NCBI GenBank assembly: GCA_964356915.1
Contig: CAYHJF010000003.1
Span: forward strand, 83,579-130,603
DNA from: an uncultured Candidatus Saccharibacteria bacterium
Lineage (GTDB): Bacteria > Patescibacteriota > Minisyncoccia > Ryanbacterales > GWA2-47-10b
DNA: 47,025 nucleotides
Direction of reading: 5' to 3'
The position numbers were made by a program, and so were the translations under genes. The notes below the pieces were generated by a model. It did not search any database. It was not told the DNA's origin and saw only the letters and a list, made by a program, of their open reading frames with translations. Positions 36,359 through 45,413 of the stretch are shown one piece after another. Every line of letters starts with the position of its first letter. Positions within the stretch are counted from its first letter, which is position 1.

Positions 36359-37644
36359 ACATCGTTCAAGTTATCGTTATCGGGCTTTGCATCATCGCAG
36401 TTATTCTCGCAATACTTTTTTGGTCCGGAATTATTGGACCTCAAAGAGGTACTGTTGACCCAGGTGGAGGCCAAGCATTTTCAGGAGAAGTACGTGTCTG
36501 GGGCACATTACCCTCTGATAGCTACATAGACTTTTTTACTGAATATGAAGCTTCAAAAAATATTCGAGTGAGCTATTCCCAGCACGCACCAGAAAAATTT
36601 ACCGAAGAAATCGTTCGCGCGATTGCTCGTCGCGAAGGACCTGATGTGGTACTTATCGACATTGACTGGATTACTTCAAATTATGACATCTTGACCCCTA
36701 CTCCGCCCGAAGTCATGCAACCCCAAGAATTTCGTAACACGTTTATCGATGCCTCCGAAGTAGATCTCGTACGAGAAGATAAAATTTGGGGATTCCCGAT
36801 TGGTATCGATCCGCTGGTACTGTACTGGAACAAAGATATCTTTAATGCAAACTCTATCCCCCTCCCACCAAAAAATTGGAATGAAGTACTCACACAGTCA
36901 AACACTATTAAACGGATTAAAGATGGTGGCGTAGTAGGACAGGCTGGTATCGCGCTCGGACGATCGCGCAACATACCGCTCTACAAAGAAATCGTATCGC
37001 TCCTTTTACTCCAACTTGGGGGCTCAATTGAGAATCAAGCAGGAGAACTCATACTCAACTCGCCCTCAAACCAAGATGTTGGTGGACGTGTATTTAGATT
37101 TTTTACAGATTTTGGAAAATCTGGAACAGAGGCATACTCATGGACAACCGCTCTCCCACCACCGCGCGTTCTTTTTAGCCAAGGAAAACTTGGCATGATG
37201 CTCGACTATCTATCTTATGAATCACAACTTCGAGAACAAAATCCTCATATTTCTTTTGACATCGCTCCTCTACCCCAACCTCAAGGCAACGAAGTGCCAA
37301 TTTATTACGCAACGACAAATGCCGTAGCTGTACTTGTTGGATCGCCGAACATCGCACCTGCCTGGCAATTTGCAAAATCTATATCAGGAGCAGGAGGAGT
37401 ACAGCGCCTTCTTGTACAGCACGTGATTAATGTACCTGCGCGACGAGACCAGCTTAATACGCTCGCGTTTACCGAAAATCCTCGACACGAGCTCCTACGT
37501 ACGATCGCACTCAACACGCGCCGCCCTATTAATACCCACACTCAAAGAAACTCAAACCTCATCGCTGATATCATAGAAGCTATCGCGAATGGACAACTAT
37601 CTTCAGAAATTGCCATATCTCAGGCACTTGAAAAAACAAAATAA
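36355..37644 (+). CDS. Extracellular solute-binding protein (ABC SBP family 1 type)
   Basis: N-terminal TM, VWGT, GPDVV, WGFPIGIDPLVLYWNKDIF, PPKNWNE, FDIAPLPQ. Confidence 0.88.
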   Translation: MNIVQVIVIGLCIIAVILAILFWSGIIGPQRGTVDPGGGQAFSGEVRVWGTLPSDSYIDFFTEYEASKNIRVSYSQHAPEKFTEEIVRAIARREGPDVVLIDIDWITSNYDILTPTPPEVMQPQEFRNTFIDASEVDLVREDKIWGFPIGIDPLVLYWNKDIFNANSIPLPPKNWNEVLTQSNTIKRIKDGGVVGQAGIALGRSRNIPLYKEIVSLLLLQLGGSIENQAGELILNSPSNQDVGGRVFRFFTDFGKSGTEAYSWTTALPPPRVLFSQGKLGMMLDYLSYESQLREQNPHISFDIAPLPQPQGNEVPIYYATTNAVAVLVGSPNIAPAWQFAKSISGAGGVQRLLVQHVINVPARRDQLNTLAFTENPRHELLRTIALNTRRPINTHTQRNSNLIADIIEAIANGQLSSEIAISQALEKTK

Positions 37645-37645
37645 C

Positions 37646-38092
37646 ACCACATGACCCGCCTTCTCTCACTTACTCTCCTTCTCTTCCTCATCCCTCTCAC
37701 ATCATTTGGCGCAACAACACTCGTACCAACAGGATGTCAGGCAGGATGTCCGTGTACACTCTGTGACTTCTATCTTCTCGCGCACAATATCATCACCATA
37801 CTCTTTGAGTTGATGGCGATCATCGCCGTTCTTTCATTTTTGTATGGTGGTATTTTGATCATGACATCTGGAGGGAGTGAAGGAAAAGTAAAACAAGGGA
37901 AAGATGCGATCACAAGTGCTGTCATTGGCGCACTCATCGCGGGGCTTGCATGGCTCTTTTTTAGTGCCGCGCTAAACTCACTAACATTTGGAATTAAAAC
38001 CGTTACGCTCGACGGGTTCTTTAAACCGCTTGCGTGCAATACGGGAGGAGGAGAATCATGTAACACGACATTTAAACCGAAGCCGCCTCCGG
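37646..38092 (+). repeat. 447-bp direct repeat, copy 1
   Basis: Identical by eye to 38719-39165 (offset 1073). Confidence 0.95.
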
Positions 38093-38727
38093 ACCCCGCG
38101 ATCGCACGCCTCATGCAAGAAATGGACCAAGGAACGTTTCGAAATGGTTTTGATACAAGCGACCCTGCATTTGCACGCTGCCAAGGAACTGAAGCTGCAT
38201 CCTGCTCATGGAAAGGTGCGGGGGTTCCACCAGACCCCAATGCAGTAAATAACGTCATTAATAACTATAAAGACGAAATTATTGCAGCTCTTGGAGCAAA
38301 CGCTACTCCAGAAAACATCGCGGCTGTAGCAGCAATTATGGCAACGGAATCTGGAGGAAGACCAAATGTTTCAAGCCCAGCAAATGCGCATGGTCTCATG
38401 CAAATGATTCCGAGTACTGCGCGCCTTGTTGACCCATCGCTACGAGGAATGTCGGACGCACAAATTGCAGCAAAACTAAAATCAGACCCTGCGTATGCCG
38501 TAACTCTTGGTACTCAACACTACATGGCACTTCAGAATAAATATGGCCCTGACCTTGCTGCTGCCGCGTACAATGGTGGAGAAGGAGCACTCCGTAAAAG
38601 TAAAACGTGCCCCGGACAAATGTACTGGGAATGTGAAGCAAACGCTGGTTATAGAGAAACGCGCAACTATGTTGCAAAGGTAAAGGGAGCTCGCGACGAG
38701 GTACGAAGACGACTTGGAACCACATGA
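37651..38727 (+). CDS. CPR-type pilin (TrbC/VirB2-like) fused to a soluble lytic transglycosylase (SLT) domain
   Basis: Signal peptide, CxxxCxCxxC, YGGILIMTSGGSEGKVKQGKDAITSAVIG pilin motif; C-terminal AAIMATESGG, GLMQ, AAYNGG, ETRNYV. Confidence 0.9.
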   Translation: MTRLLSLTLLLFLIPLTSFGATTLVPTGCQAGCPCTLCDFYLLAHNIITILFELMAIIAVLSFLYGGILIMTSGGSEGKVKQGKDAITSAVIGALIAGLAWLFFSAALNSLTFGIKTVTLDGFFKPLACNTGGGESCNTTFKPKPPPDPAIARLMQEMDQGTFRNGFDTSDPAFARCQGTEAASCSWKGAGVPPDPNAVNNVINNYKDEIIAALGANATPENIAAVAAIMATESGGRPNVSSPANAHGLMQMIPSTARLVDPSLRGMSDAQIAAKLKSDPAYAVTLGTQHYMALQNKYGPDLAAAAYNGGEGALRKSKTCPGQMYWECEANAGYRETRNYVAKVKGARDEVRRRLGTT

Positions 38728-39165
38728 CCCGCCTTCTCTCACTTACTCTCCTTCTCTTCCTCATCCCTCTCACATCATTTGGCGCAACAACACTCGTACC
38801 AACAGGATGTCAGGCAGGATGTCCGTGTACACTCTGTGACTTCTATCTTCTCGCGCACAATATCATCACCATACTCTTTGAGTTGATGGCGATCATCGCC
38901 GTTCTTTCATTTTTGTATGGTGGTATTTTGATCATGACATCTGGAGGGAGTGAAGGAAAAGTAAAACAAGGGAAAGATGCGATCACAAGTGCTGTCATTG
39001 GCGCACTCATCGCGGGGCTTGCATGGCTCTTTTTTAGTGCCGCGCTAAACTCACTAACATTTGGAATTAAAACCGTTACGCTCGACGGGTTCTTTAAACC
39101 GCTTGCGTGCAATACGGGAGGAGGAGAATCATGTAACACGACATTTAAACCGAAGCCGCCTCCGG
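38719..39165 (+). repeat. 447-bp direct repeat, copy 2
   Basis: Identical by eye to 37646-38092. Confidence 0.95.
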
Positions 39166-39617
39166 CAGCCCTCCCCTCAAGTAATCCTGGCGAACCTTCA
39201 GCCGACGCAATTCAAAATGAAAACGCCGCGCGAGCAGCATTGGGAGGCATACCAGTTAACAACCCGCCGTGCCCTGCAGGCGTGAGCTTCCAGCAATATC
39301 GCTCAACTCATGGTGGGCAAGGATGCACCACGGTCGCGGGACTCTCAGCTCAAACGCTCGCAACCCTTAAAGACATCCACTCCCGCACTGCATTTACCAT
39401 CTCTGGCGGCACAGAGGCCGGACACGCATCCCATGGCACCGACCATCCCAGCACTATAGACGTTACTTCTGGCAATTATGCTGGCCTTTTTAGAGAGCTT
39501 CGAGCAAAGGGCTATAACGAAAGTAATTTTGGACGTGGCTATACATGTGAAGACTCAGCGGGGCACCGTATTGCATGCTCAAGCGGATCAATCCACCACG
39601 CTCACCTCGAACTCTAA
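38724..39617 (+). CDS. CPR-type pilin fused to a putative LAS/M15-like zinc peptidase domain
   Basis: Same first 147 aa as the previous gene; C-terminal ISGGTEAGHASHG..IDV and terminal HAH. Confidence 0.75.
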   Translation: MTRLLSLTLLLFLIPLTSFGATTLVPTGCQAGCPCTLCDFYLLAHNIITILFELMAIIAVLSFLYGGILIMTSGGSEGKVKQGKDAITSAVIGALIAGLAWLFFSAALNSLTFGIKTVTLDGFFKPLACNTGGGESCNTTFKPKPPPAALPSSNPGEPSADAIQNENAARAALGGIPVNNPPCPAGVSFQQYRSTHGGQGCTTVAGLSAQTLATLKDIHSRTAFTISGGTEAGHASHGTDHPSTIDVTSGNYAGLFRELRAKGYNESNFGRGYTCEDSAGHRIACSSGSIHHAHLEL

Positions 39618-39643
39618 TAAAACTCCGTGATATAATAAAAACC

Positions 39644-39985
39644 ATGAAACGCGCCCGCCTATTTACACTATTTCTCTTAATCGGGGTCTCTGTCCCTCTC
39701 CTATCTCTCGCGGCTGGAGATTATGGAGACCTACTAAAGCTTGGCTGCAACTCTATCCCCGCCTGTCTTCGACAATTTGCAAATTTCATACTAGCAAAAG
39801 TCCTCGTACCGTTGAGTGTCGTAACTATATTTTATGCGGGTTTTTTGTTCGCGACAGCAGGCGGATCTGATGCAAAGATCACGAGTGCAAAAAAAACCCT
39901 CACGTACGGGGTTATCGGCATTGCTGTAGCGTTTGGAGCGATCGCTCTCGGTGAAGCACTAAAGGACTTTATCGACCATCTATAA
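39644..39985 (+). CDS. TrbC/VirB2-like pilin
   Basis: YAGFLFATAGGSDAKITSAKKTLTYGVIG; start MKRARL after TG-a-TATAAT. Confidence 0.85.
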   Translation: MKRARLFTLFLLIGVSVPLLSLAAGDYGDLLKLGCNSIPACLRQFANFILAKVLVPLSVVTIFYAGFLFATAGGSDAKITSAKKTLTYGVIGIAVAFGAIALGEALKDFIDHL

Positions 39986-39989
39986 AATC

Positions 39990-40373
39990 ATGTATATCCA
40001 CAAGAACTTTACCCGAAACATCATTTTTACTATACTAGTATCAGCGCTCGTTTTATGCGCAGACGCTGCGTTTGCCGCTACTCCCCCAAACTTCACCAAC
40101 CCAGTCGCCTCAAACGACTTTGGAACGGCCCTCAAAAAGATCGCGAATGCGGTCATGAAAATAGGAATCCCCGTTCTCACTGTCGCCATCGTCTATACCG
40201 GCTTCCGGTTTGTCATGGCGCAAGGGAACGAAAAGGAACTAGAGGACGCAAAGAAGATGTTGTTTTGGGTTGTCATTGCAACCGCGGTCATTATGACGGC
40301 GCCAGTCATCGCCAATATTGCATGTAATTTCTCGAAGGCTCTTGACCCGAGCGCGACGTTCACCTGTCCGTAA
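39990..40373 (+). CDS. TrbC/VirB2-like pilin
   Basis: Signal peptide, FTNP, YTGFRFVMAQGNEKELEDAKKMLFWVVI. Confidence 0.88.
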   Translation: MYIHKNFTRNIIFTILVSALVLCADAAFAATPPNFTNPVASNDFGTALKKIANAVMKIGIPVLTVAIVYTGFRFVMAQGNEKELEDAKKMLFWVVIATAVIMTAPVIANIACNFSKALDPSATFTCP

Positions 40374-40447
40374 TGCGCGTATACATCTAAAAAAGGTCGG
40401 TTTCACTCAACATATAACTAGTCGTTATTAGTAAACATATAAATACC

Positions 40448-40792
40448 ATGAACAAAGCATTAAAATATTCACTGCGAGCACTCTTACTTGCATCTCCGAC
40501 ACTCGCATATGCAGCAACATTGAACACGTACTTTACAAATACAATTAAGCCATTCTTAAGCTTACTTGTTAACATTCTTATCGCAGTTGCAGTATTCGTT
40601 CTTATCCTCGGTATCTTTAGCTACATTACTGCAGCTGGAGACGAAGAAAAGATGAAATCTGCACGCAGCTACATTCTCTACGGAGTTATTGGTGTTGCGC
40701 TTATGATCCTTATCCGTGGGTTCATCGATATCGCAGTCAATACGATCTCCCCTGGTCTTGTCACAACAACGCCAACAGCAGCTGGACTCTAG
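40448..40792 (+). CDS. TrbC/VirB2-like pilin
   Basis: GIFSYITAAGDEEKMKSARSYILYGVIG. Confidence 0.88.
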   Translation: MNKALKYSLRALLLASPTLAYAATLNTYFTNTIKPFLSLLVNILIAVAVFVLILGIFSYITAAGDEEKMKSARSYILYGVIGVALMILIRGFIDIAVNTISPGLVTTTPTAAGL

Positions 40793-40798
40793 ATCTTA

Positions 40799-41047
40799 AT
40801 GGCGGCGACATTCAATGGTATTCTAAATACCATCAACAAGGAACTGATCAATCCTTCCCTTCGGTTTCTTCTCTGGCTTGCAATTGCGGTATTCGTGTAT
40901 GGCGTGCTTAAAATCATCATGAATCCGGACAATCCAGACATACTCTCGGAAGGTCGTCGTCACGTATTATGGAGTCTCGCAGGCTTTGTGATTATGCTTC
41001 TCGTTTTTGGGATCATCAATCTCATCAAAGCAACGCTTACTCCGTAG
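40799..41047 (+). CDS. Pilin-like small membrane protein
   Basis: FVYGVLKII...EGRRHVLWSLAGFVIM. Confidence 0.8.
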   Translation: MAATFNGILNTINKELINPSLRFLLWLAIAVFVYGVLKIIMNPDNPDILSEGRRHVLWSLAGFVIMLLVFGIINLIKATLTP

Positions 41048-41058
41048 TATTAGAATAG

Positions 41059-41097
41059 AAATCAAAAAACCACCTACGACGGTGGTTTTTTGATTTT
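41059..41097. terminator. Bidirectional terminator
   Basis: AATCAAAAAACCACC-TACGAC-GGTGGTTTTTTGATT. Confidence 0.85.
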
Positions 41098-41103
41098 TCA
41101 TTA

Positions 41104-42375
41104 CTATACAAATAAATACGATGATTGAAGAAAAAACGTCGTGCTCATCACCATGATCAAAAGCACGGTGACTCGATTAAATAATCGTTCAGACATCACC
41201 TTAGTTCCCAACGAAATAAGCACGAGATACCCAAACAAAACCGATGGAAAATAATGATAAATAAATAAACTCCGAGGTAGAAAAAATAACGGAGCGAGAG
41301 AAACCACGTAGCAAACAAAAAATAACTGCTCAGACAAAGAAAACTTTTTTACTGAATACCCAAGCAAACCAAAAAGAAAAAGAGCCGCTGCTCCAATAAC
41401 TGCAACGAGAATCAATCCCCACCCAAACCCACTCATCACCGCTAGACAATGATCTGGACACACGCCCCATACATTCATTTCACCTCCCCCCGCTATCCAC
41501 GTAAGAGGAGTACTCCGTGCAGGATGATAAAAAAGATCACTGCCAATCGAGTACGTGACTTTTGTATATGCTGGCAAAAAATTTATAATCGCAGCGAGCG
41601 ATTCACCTCCCGGGTACTCAACCCCCATAAGCTTATCTGTGTATTCAGCCGCACTAATTGGACCTGGAGGAAATTGCACTAAAAACGCAACCCACAAAAA
41701 TATATATATGCTGGCAACCCCGCTCAAAAAATATAATGCGCTTTTCATGGTACGCGTAGAAATTATATATACCAGAATACCCCCCACAAGTGCGAGCGCG
41801 GTCCACTTAATAGACAACGCGAGCCCCGCCATTAGAGCGGCCGCCATGAAAAATGAATCCCGTCGCGTTCTATCCGCGTACACAATAAAAAATATCGAGA
41901 AAGCAGAGAAAAAAAGCAAAAGCGTTTCCGGTAACATAAGACGCGAGTAAAGCGTAAGCGCGGGGTCAAGTGCGATGAAAATTCCGCCGAGAGCTGCGGG
42001 CAACGTCTTTTGCCCCGCTCCCCGCAAAATACCCATTACTAACACGGCAAGACCCGATCCGATAAAGGCATTAAAAAAACGAATGCGCCAATATGGGAAA
42101 TCACCGAACGGCATTCGTATCACATTAAGATTTCTATAAGGCTGATATATCGGATGCGCGCCCGCAACGATCGAAGCAAATGTAAGTTTTACGAGAGGAG
42201 GATGGATATCAAATACAGGTCTTGCGTAGATTGTATTGAGCGTTGTCGCCGCATAAAGACCTTCATCAAAAACTATCGAGGGTGGATTAAAAATAAATGG
42301 CAATCGTACTCCAAGAGCCAGCGTAAAAACCGCTAGTAAAGCGATCGTGTCTCGTGCATACCAAGAGTTACTCAT
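41104..42375 (-). CDS. PMT/GT39-like phospholipid-carrier-dependent glycosyltransferase
   Basis: VFDE, FDIHPPLVKL, SRLMLPE, ALSIKWT, FIYHYFP; start MSNSWY at 42375 (the ORF-track extension overlaps tRNA-Leu). Confidence 0.85.
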   Translation of the reverse strand: MSNSWYARDTIALLAVFTLALGVRLPFIFNPPSIVFDEGLYAATTLNTIYARPVFDIHPPLVKLTFASIVAGAHPIYQPYRNLNVIRMPFGDFPYWRIRFFNAFIGSGLAVLVMGILRGAGQKTLPAALGGIFIALDPALTLYSRLMLPETLLLFFSAFSIFFIVYADRTRRDSFFMAAALMAGLALSIKWTALALVGGILVYIISTRTMKSALYFLSGVASIYIFLWVAFLVQFPPGPISAAEYTDKLMGVEYPGGESLAAIINFLPAYTKVTYSIGSDLFYHPARSTPLTWIAGGGEMNVWGVCPDHCLAVMSGFGWGLILVAVIGAAALFLFGLLGYSVKKFSLSEQLFFVCYVVSLAPLFFLPRSLFIYHYFPSVLFGYLVLISLGTKVMSERLFNRVTVLLIMVMSTTFFLQSSYLFV

Positions 42376-42381
42376 AATAAG

Positions 42382-42464
42382 TGCCGCGGGTGGGATTCGA
42401 ACCCACAAGCCCTTTCGAGCCAAGGATTTTAAGTCCTCTGCGTAAACCGTTCCGCCACCGCGGC
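42382..42464 (-). tRNA. tRNA-Leu(TAA)
   Basis: GCCGCGG acceptor, loop CT-TAA-AA, long variable arm. Confidence 0.95.
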
Positions 42465-42554
42465 AAGTAAACCTAGCGACATCATACTCTAAAAATACTG
42501 GAATGAAAATGGGGGGTGCGCCCAAATACATACAAAATAAAAGCGCCTCAACTA

Positions 42555-42869
42555 TTATGATATTTTTATGCGTAGATGTATCAAAGCCTTTTTGATGATG
42601 TCAGCAACAGTTTTTCGATTTATGTTTTTCTTTTTACAATAACTAGACTCTAACCAATAAGATAATTCTTTCGACCCCTTACTCGCATTACATGACCAAC
42701 AACAAAGCGCGATATTATTATTAGTAATAATCTTCGCATTATTAATTATATGCTCCCACGTTGGTTTAGATGTATAATCGATACCAAATGGAGTACCACA
42801 ATATACACAACGCTTATCTCTTGCGCGAACTTCATCTTCAAGCCAGCGCGGAATATTCCATCTATTCAT
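42555..42869 (-). CDS. HNH endonuclease
   Basis: RDKRCVYCG...WEHII...NIALCCWSCNASKG. Confidence 0.88.
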   Translation of the reverse strand: MNRWNIPRWLEDEVRARDKRCVYCGTPFGIDYTSKPTWEHIINNAKIITNNNIALCCWSCNASKGSKELSYWLESSYCKKKNINRKTVADIIKKALIHLRIKIS

Positions 42870-42911
42870 GAGAAATATGTACTATCAAGTTTTCTATCAA
42901 AAAAAAATTTG

Positions 42912-42983
42912 TGCGGTCGGCGGGAGTCGAACCCGCGTCTCGTCCTTGGCAAGGACGCATAATAGCCGTTATACGACGACCGC
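42912..42983 (-). tRNA. tRNA-Gly(GCC)
   Basis: GCGGTCG/CGACCGC acceptor, loop TT-GCC-AA. Confidence 0.95.
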
Positions 42984-42995
42984 ATAGTATCTCAA

Positions 42996-43078
42996 TGCTG
43001 GGGGGGAGACTTGAACTCCCACGGGATTTCTCCCACTAGCTCCTAAGGCTAGAGCGTCTGCCATTCCGCCACCCCAGC
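42996..43078 (-). tRNA. tRNA-Leu(TAG)
   Basis: GCTGGGG acceptor, loop CT-TAG-GA, long variable arm. Confidence 0.95.
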
Positions 43079-43105
43079 ATGACGCTCACTACTGAAACTG
43101 ACCTG

Positions 43106-43177
43106 AGGCCTGAGCGGGAATCGAACCCGCGTGTAAGAGTTTTGCAGACTCTTGCCTTACCACTTGGCTATCAGGCC
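43106..43177 (-). tRNA. tRNA-Cys(GCA)
   Basis: GGCCTGA/TCAGGCC acceptor, loop CT-GCA-AA, U73. Confidence 0.95.
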
Positions 43178-43470
43178 AAGCCTTCTTCAGATACTACAAA
43201 ATGAATACTGGGCGAATATTTCGTTCGCAGACGAGCACGCAAAAAGTGTGCTGCCCTATTTTCGCTCATCTCTAGAATTTTTGCAATATCAGCACGTAAG
43301 TTATCAGGAAAAATGCTCACGTATACAGTTACACGCGTACCGCTTGTCATAGACTCTGCATACAATACTGATATTAAAACGCCATTTGGCAAAATAAGCT
43401 CCTGACGGAAAAAAGCCGGGAGAATTTCTTTTATAACCGCCGACAAACGCTCTCTACGCCTCTCGTTCAT
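43171..43470 (-). CDS. rbfA: Ribosome-binding factor A
   Basis: RRRERLSAVIKEIL...LRARLRTKYSPSIHF; directly follows infB. Confidence 0.85.
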   Translation of the reverse strand: MNERRRERLSAVIKEILPAFFRQELILPNGVLISVLYAESMTSGTRVTVYVSIFPDNLRADIAKILEMSENRAAHFLRARLRTKYSPSIHFVVSEEGLA

Positions 43471-44932
43471 AAAAGAACTGTAAGACGTCCCGCTCTTCGA
43501 TCGCCCGTGATACCTCTACAAGAAGTCCTCCTTCATTCCCCTCTACTAATTCTTCCGCCTCTGCTTTATTTTTCTGCAATCCCTTTATATGTCCGCGCGC
43601 TACTACTTCATCTCCGCGCAAAACTTCAAACTGCGCGTCCTTGGGCACCCTACCTTCACGCACACGCCCTCCGACCACGCGCCCGTGCGAATTTGATTTA
43701 AATACTTTCAATACAATCATTTTGCCAGTTGGTACGCGCATAATTTTTCGTGGGCGTAACTCATCAAAACGCTCCTTCGTCCAATCAATGGCCTCATAGA
43801 TAATATTGAACAACTTAACTTCTACTTTCAATCGCTCGGCAAGCTCTAAAATATTTGATTTTACCTTTGTGTGAAATCCTATGATAATTGCGCGCTTTGC
43901 CGCTGAAATTAACTTTACATCAGCTTCACCAATCTCTCCCACACCCCCATCAAATATCGTAACTTCGAGCCCCTCAGGTATAATTTTCTTAAATTCTGCC
44001 TCAAGAGCCTCGAGTGAACCAATTACATCGGCTTTTACAAGAATACCTACCTCCCCTGCTTTTGCGACTTCTTTTTTACGCTTGAGCGCTTCTACTACTT
44101 TAAAATCTTTTTCGAGTTCCGCCTTTGATTCAAAGGTCTTCATCAAAGTCCCTACCCTAGGCACTTCATTAAACCCAGCAACACGTACCGGCGTAGAAGG
44201 CCCCGCTTTCTCGATCGCCTCACCATTTACACTCTCAAAAATACGAACAGGTGCAAATGTCTCCCCACATAAAATAAATGAACCTCGTGTGAGCGTGCCA
44301 TTCGTCACAAGAATAGTCGCGGTTGGACCACGTCGAGAATCTAAGTGTGCCTCAAGAATAACGCCTTCGGCAGGCACATCGAGCTCAGCTGTCAGTTCTT
44401 CAAGCTCTGCGGCAAGTAAAACCGTATTCAAAAGTTCATCAACATGCTCGCCTGATTTTGCAGAGATCGGAACACATGGCACCGTACCCCCCCAACCTTC
44501 TACCAATACCTCCGCCTCTGCGAGAGTCCCTTTTACTCGTTCAATATCAGCGCTCGTCTTATCAATCTTATTAATCGCGACGATAAAAGGAATACCTGCT
44601 TTTTTAATTGCCTCGAGAGCCTCTTTTGTTTGTGGCTTTACTCCATCATCAGCAGCAACAACAAGAATCGCGAGATCCGCGACATGCGCCCCTCGTTCAC
44701 GCATCAAAGAAAATGTCGCGTGTCCTGGCGTATCTAAAAACGTAATCTGCTTACCATTCCAATTAATCTCGTAGGCACCAAGGTGTTGAGTGATTCCTCC
44801 AGCCTCGCGCGCTACGATATTTGTCTTACGAATATAATCAAGGAGTGTCGTCTTTCCATGATCAACATGCCCCATAATAACAACGATGGGATGACGAACG
44901 ACATGTGGTTGTTTCGTATGTGTGTTTGTCAT
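43454..44932 (-). CDS. infB: Translation initiation factor IF-2 (short form lacking the N-terminal domains)
   Basis: VVIMGHVDHGKTTLLD, EAGGITQH, DTPGH, NKID, KADVIGSLEA. Confidence 0.97.
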   Translation of the reverse strand: MTNTHTKQPHVVRHPIVVIMGHVDHGKTTLLDYIRKTNIVAREAGGITQHLGAYEINWNGKQITFLDTPGHATFSLMRERGAHVADLAILVVAADDGVKPQTKEALEAIKKAGIPFIVAINKIDKTSADIERVKGTLAEAEVLVEGWGGTVPCVPISAKSGEHVDELLNTVLLAAELEELTAELDVPAEGVILEAHLDSRRGPTATILVTNGTLTRGSFILCGETFAPVRIFESVNGEAIEKAGPSTPVRVAGFNEVPRVGTLMKTFESKAELEKDFKVVEALKRKKEVAKAGEVGILVKADVIGSLEALEAEFKKIIPEGLEVTIFDGGVGEIGEADVKLISAAKRAIIIGFHTKVKSNILELAERLKVEVKLFNIIYEAIDWTKERFDELRPRKIMRVPTGKMIVLKVFKSNSHGRVVGGRVREGRVPKDAQFEVLRGDEVVARGHIKGLQKNKAEAEELVEGNEGGLLVEVSRAIEERDVLQFFYEREA

Positions 44933-44952
44933 ATTGAATTGTCTTGTGATAC

Positions 44953-45408
44953 CTATTCACGATTTGTCGCTTTTCCAAGCGCTTGCTTTTCTTCATCTGA
45001 TAGCGCGTATCGCGGAACGCCTGCCTCAATCGGCTTTGCATATACCATAGGTTGTCCGTGCAGATAGAGACCAGAAATCACGAAACCATTATCACTGCCA
45101 TCAAGTAAGGCAATCGCGAAACTCTGATCTCCACCCGTATTTGAAAACGGATTAAATCGAACCATGCCAATCTTTTGTACCGCGAAAAGAAACCGTTCAT
45201 CAAAATCCTTGATTGCACTCTGAAAAACTAGACTTTCTTTCTGTAACACCTCGATGGATGTCGCATGCTCATATACAAGCCCTTCCACAGACTGTGCATC
45301 GCGTCCGCTAAATAATTTTTTTAGCTTCTTTTCAACGAGATAGAGACGAGCTCCGATCACGACACACAAAAGAGCAACGATGCTCGTGAACAAAAGGTCC
45401 GTCTGCAT
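44953..45408 (-). CDS. DUF4446 family protein
   Basis: VRFNPFSNTGGDQSFAIALLD...YAKPI...LSDEEKQA. Confidence 0.85.
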   Translation of the reverse strand: MQTDLLFTSIVALLCVVIGARLYLVEKKLKKLFSGRDAQSVEGLVYEHATSIEVLQKESLVFQSAIKDFDERFLFAVQKIGMVRFNPFSNTGGDQSFAIALLDGSDNGFVISGLYLHGQPMVYAKPIEAGVPRYALSDEEKQALGKATNRE

Positions 45409-45413
45409 AGACC

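Noticed and set aside
43881-44774. 297-aa ORF on the plus strand, and similar antisense ORFs over ftsZ, lepA, nrdJ, gyrA and the TPR gene
   Set aside because: These are shadow ORFs antisense to well-supported conserved genes.
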